Source: Massalongia carnosa (lineage: Eukaryota). From it: a stretch of 64,000 bases of DNA. The notes under the pieces were generated by a model that made no database searches, had not been told where the DNA came from, and saw only the letters and a list, made by a program, of their open reading frames with translations. This document shows, piece after piece, positions 62,001 through 64,000 of the stretch. The first letter of the stretch is position 1, and each line of letters opens with the position of its first letter. Made by a program: the position numbers and the translations under genes. The stretch is taken from positions 1,736,001 through 1,800,000 of the forward strand of contig OZ287078.1 in the NCBI GenBank assembly GCA_965645245.1, written 5' to 3'.

Positions 62001-62861
62001 CTCATGGGCCAAGTTGTCGAGTTCTTGAACTGTGCTCACGCTCCTAGGTGCCGGGAGCTTGTCTGTCATCGTGTCTAGTAGCTTTTTCCTATCAGTCTTA
62101 GACCACATGCGAGAGGACCTTATGGCCCTCTTAACTGTGGTGATATAGAATGCTGTGCCAATGGGTAAGTGATCTGAGTCACAATCCAACTCTCTTCTCA
62201 CATCGCACATGAGTACGGCTGAAGCCACTGCGGGGGTTGCGAACGTTAAGTCTATCGTGCTCTGTGCTGATCTATGATCGTATGTTATGGTGCCAGGGGG
62301 GAGCAGAAGTTCTAGCTCGCTTTGATCGAGAATCTCCAGTAGTTGGTCTGCCTCCGGGTGTTGATGATGGTAGTCTTCGCCAGTCCATAGGGGATGGTGA
62401 AGATTGAAGTCCCCTACCACTATGTGTTCTCCCTCCACCTCTAGCGCCTTGCTTAGGTCTGGCAAGGTGCTGTAGTTTCCCTGAGAGGGGGAGGGATTGT
62501 AGATGTTATGGATATTGATGACTCGCTGGGTTTCGCCAGGAAATTCCAAGTGCAAAGTCATCAGATCGGGAGAGTGGAAGGTTACCTTCCAAGAGGCGCT
62601 TGCTATGTCTTTGTTGACGAACATGCATACTCTCGGAGGGAGCTCTTGTTGTCCTGTTTCGGGGGGATAGAGAAGGTGGAAAACATTTTTGACCGGATTG
62701 TGCGTGGTGTGTTGATAGGGGTTCCCCGCCCAGGGTTCCTGGATGGCCAGGATGCCGTATTTCATGGTTTCCTCCCTGCGAAGGAAGTCCGCCATGACAG
62801 TGTTCTTGGATTTGTTGCAGTTGTACTGAAGTATGGACAGATAGTGGGTGTATTCACTCAT
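59007..62861 (-). CDS. LINE ORF2: APE endonuclease, reverse transcriptase, RNase H, CCHC finger (1284 aa)
   Basis: LQYNCNK, IQEPW, GDFNLHH, SDHLPI; YRPIALL, GVPQGSPISP, YVDD; YTDGS, WIPGH..GNEIAD; CPCG..TVHHVLLEC. Confidence 0.96.
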   Translation of the reverse strand: MSEYTHYLSILQYNCNKSKNTVMADFLRREETMKYGILAIQEPWAGNPYQHTTHNPVKNVFHLLYPPETGQQELPPRVCMFVNKDIASASWKVTFHSPDLMTLHLEFPGETQRVINIHNIYNPSPSQGNYSTLPDLSKALEVEGEHIVVGDFNLHHPLWTGEDYHHQHPEADQLLEILDQSELELLLPPGTITYDHRSAQSTIDLTFATPAVASAVLMCDVRRELDCDSDHLPIGTAFYITTVKRAIRSSRMWSKTDRKKLLDTMTDKLPAPRSVSTVQELDNLAHELVEAIQHAVETAVPLSRGCNHSKPGFTPECKEAVTLCRRLRRKHKETRSLEDWEAYREARNSKNKIVQKALKTTHRDRVEEATSTPDGLWKRAKWAKNRSTPFQAFTPTLMKSDGSKVTEASGKAELLRRQFFPIPDATNLEDMADYHYPEPIQFAPISAREITKAITKAAPLSAPGPDGLPNRILRDVLPLIMPTLVALYNATWELGHHPNAFRESTTVVLRKPAKADYSLPNSYRPIALLNTLGKTMEKIIATRINHAVETESLLPRLHIGGRRARSPEHGLHLLLEAIHAAWLNNEVATVLMLDISGAYDNVSHEILLHNLRKRRIGGNIAKWIESFLQERKTTIAMPDYTSQPFTTNFGVPQGSPISPILYLFYNADLMEEEGPKKMNLGYVDDISKLIIGTSAEQNCRNLEASFMTREQKWADTHASKFAPAKFQLLHFIKGPSETALNPPERAISLAGKTIKPQHTATYLGATFDDKLKWHAHLRKLEAKTSKRLGALGSLAGSTWGTSLASLRRIYQATILPQLTFGCSAWYVPEGGYGTITQATAVLKAVRSIQRRAALIISGAFRTTSGPALDMELHLLPGRQRMKQAVNESLLRIRSSPLYAIIREIRAWTSQADSHYRYWSPLAKLESRLMTSGKCPQPWRLEVILPFIVEPWWSPPETHIASSKEEAIKKHDKMTSEPNQIVIYTDGSDNPFGVGAAAVIPSDNTRVGTRLGTNKEATFYLAELVGIDLGLAAAIARWQGEIITVFADNQSAIKSVADPGTQSGQFILREIIGKLHACREMQARVRLCWIPGHTGVEGNEIADQAAKEASGWLEPGQSPSITHFDFLGHTVKSAIKRNMRTMISKEWAGDWEAEKRGQMTKKFLPQPTNKVLQLYQGLHKSMSSTLVQMRTGKIGLRKYLSDICRTETGECPCGFGYQTVHHVLLECVRHHRLRMETIWIGRKVFDLQEIFSTPRLAKAASKFMLSSCLLGQFGDVRIATEQSTS

Positions 62862-64000
62862 AGTTCCTCTTCTGTCTGAGTACTGGGCTGCAAGCGACGG
62901 GTTGCCGATCTGGTGGTCATTGAAGAACTATCGTCGTTCTCCTTATCGCTCAAGACCTCCACAGCCTTCGAGGAGGGTTTCTTCTTTCCCTTCTTAGAAG
63001 CTGCTTGTGCCATGCTCCTGTTGGTAGAACTGGGGTTGTCTGCCAGGGGCTCTACCTCCCCATGCGCCCGCTTCTTCCCCTTGCGGAGAGTTGGCACGGT
63101 TTGCCAATCTTTCTCTCGTACAGAGCCCGTTCGAGGGCCCTGTTCCACCTGGGTTGAGGCTGGGGTCACCTCACTGCTTGTCGTGACCGTCGGCGTGGTC
63201 GATGCCGGCGGACTGCTCCGTTCTTGTTCCTGACCATTTAGGGTTTCCCTTGAGGAGGCCCTGAGAGGCCAGAAGGGGAGAGCTTCTTCTTTGGCCCGCT
63301 TCATTCGGGCCTTTTCCTTCTTTCGCTCCGGGCAAGACTCTGCGCTTGCCCCGTGGCCCTGCTTGCCACACGCATTGCATTTGAGAGTGACCGATTTGCA
63401 ATCGGTCATGTGGTGACTTTCGGAACATTTGAAGCATGTTTGATGCTTCTGTCGGCAAGCATGGCTCGTGTGACCATACTTACCGCACCGGAAACATTGC
63501 CTAAGCCTGGCCTCCGGAACATGTCTTTCCACCGCGAAAGATCTCCCATCCAAATATAGCTGCGAGGCCAAAATGGCATTGCAGTCTAATTCGTTCTCAA
63601 AGTATACCACCATGGATCTAGCTGTGCCTCCTGCCTTACTCGTGCGGGACAACCATTCTACTCCTGTTACCCTATTCCTAACGGGCATATGTGACTTATT
63701 TTCCTCCCAGTGGCGTTCCTTGATGTCTGTCATGCTTAGATTAGCCGGTACAAAGTGCGCGATTAAGCCGAAGCTTGGCTGTATTATAGTAGCTTTGCTC
63801 GATAGCCTGATGGCCCATCGGGTGTCTTTTCTTAGGCGTTCCGTGTCTGAGGCGTTGTTGACTATTACCTGTAGGTCTCCGCTAGGGAGGACCCTTGCTG
63901 CTATTGCTACGGCTGCTGCCTTGGCTGTGCCATTGGAAATAGGGGGGGCGGGAGCGTTTTGATTGGTCGGAATTCTCGTGTTGTTATGATCCTTTAACGC
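62858..64000 (-). CDS. LINE ORF1 (gag-like, CCHC knuckles), 5' end outside the window
   Basis: Frame open to base 64000 (RVLPSGDLQV); CFRCGKYGH..C, CFKCSESH..C, CNACGKQGH..C; its stop overlaps the ORF2 start as ATGA. Confidence 0.92.
   Translation of the reverse strand, partial: ALKDHNNTRIPTNQNAPAPPISNGTAKAAAVAIAARVLPSGDLQVIVNNASDTERLRKDTRWAIRLSSKATIIQPSFGLIAHFVPANLSMTDIKERHWEENKSHMPVRNRVTGVEWLSRTSKAGGTARSMVVYFENELDCNAILASQLYLDGRSFAVERHVPEARLRQCFRCGKYGHTSHACRQKHQTCFKCSESHHMTDCKSVTLKCNACGKQGHGASAESCPERKKEKARMKRAKEEALPFWPLRASSRETLNGQEQERSSPPASTTPTVTTSSEVTPASTQVEQGPRTGSVREKDWQTVPTLRKGKKRAHGEVEPLADNPSSTNRSMAQAASKKGKKKPSSKAVEVLSDKENDDSSSMTTRSATRRLQPSTQTEEEL

Larger units (their letters stand above)
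58643..64000 (-). mobile_element. Tad1-clade LINE, running off the window end
   Basis: ORF1 plus intact ORF2, 3' UTR, (AATC)n tail at 58643-58666. Confidence 0.95.

Overview
Filamentous-ascomycete genomic DNA (GT-AG introns, fungal gene and transposon families). About 1.5-14.4 kb holds an apparently intact five-gene secondary-metabolite cluster with no PKS/NRPS in view: MIO-dependent aromatic amino-acid ammonia-lyase, MpaH-like alpha/beta-hydrolase, MFS transporter, SirD/TyrPT-type DMATS prenyltransferase and a CYP52-like P450 with an atypical I-helix. It plausibly makes O-prenyl-tyrosine-derived cinnamate/benzoate ethers. From about 17 kb on, the window is a repeat-rich accessory region of nested elements, most with resolvable termini and target-site duplications (TSDs): two Mutator copies, a pogo/Fot1 element, two chromoviral Gypsy elements, solo LTRs, a miniature LTR element (TRIM) and two Tad1 LINEs. 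These are mixed with broken conflict/immunity-type genes (TPR, ankyrin-deaminase, HeLo-pseudokinase, ankyrin, DUF7924-like pair, and a kinase split by a 1 kb inversion). The most unusual object is a 3.55 kb Copia-type gag-protease-integrase element with no RT/RNase H, bounded by 38-bp perfect terminal INVERTED repeats and a 5-bp TSD. Protein family assignments come from motifs read by eye, not database searches.
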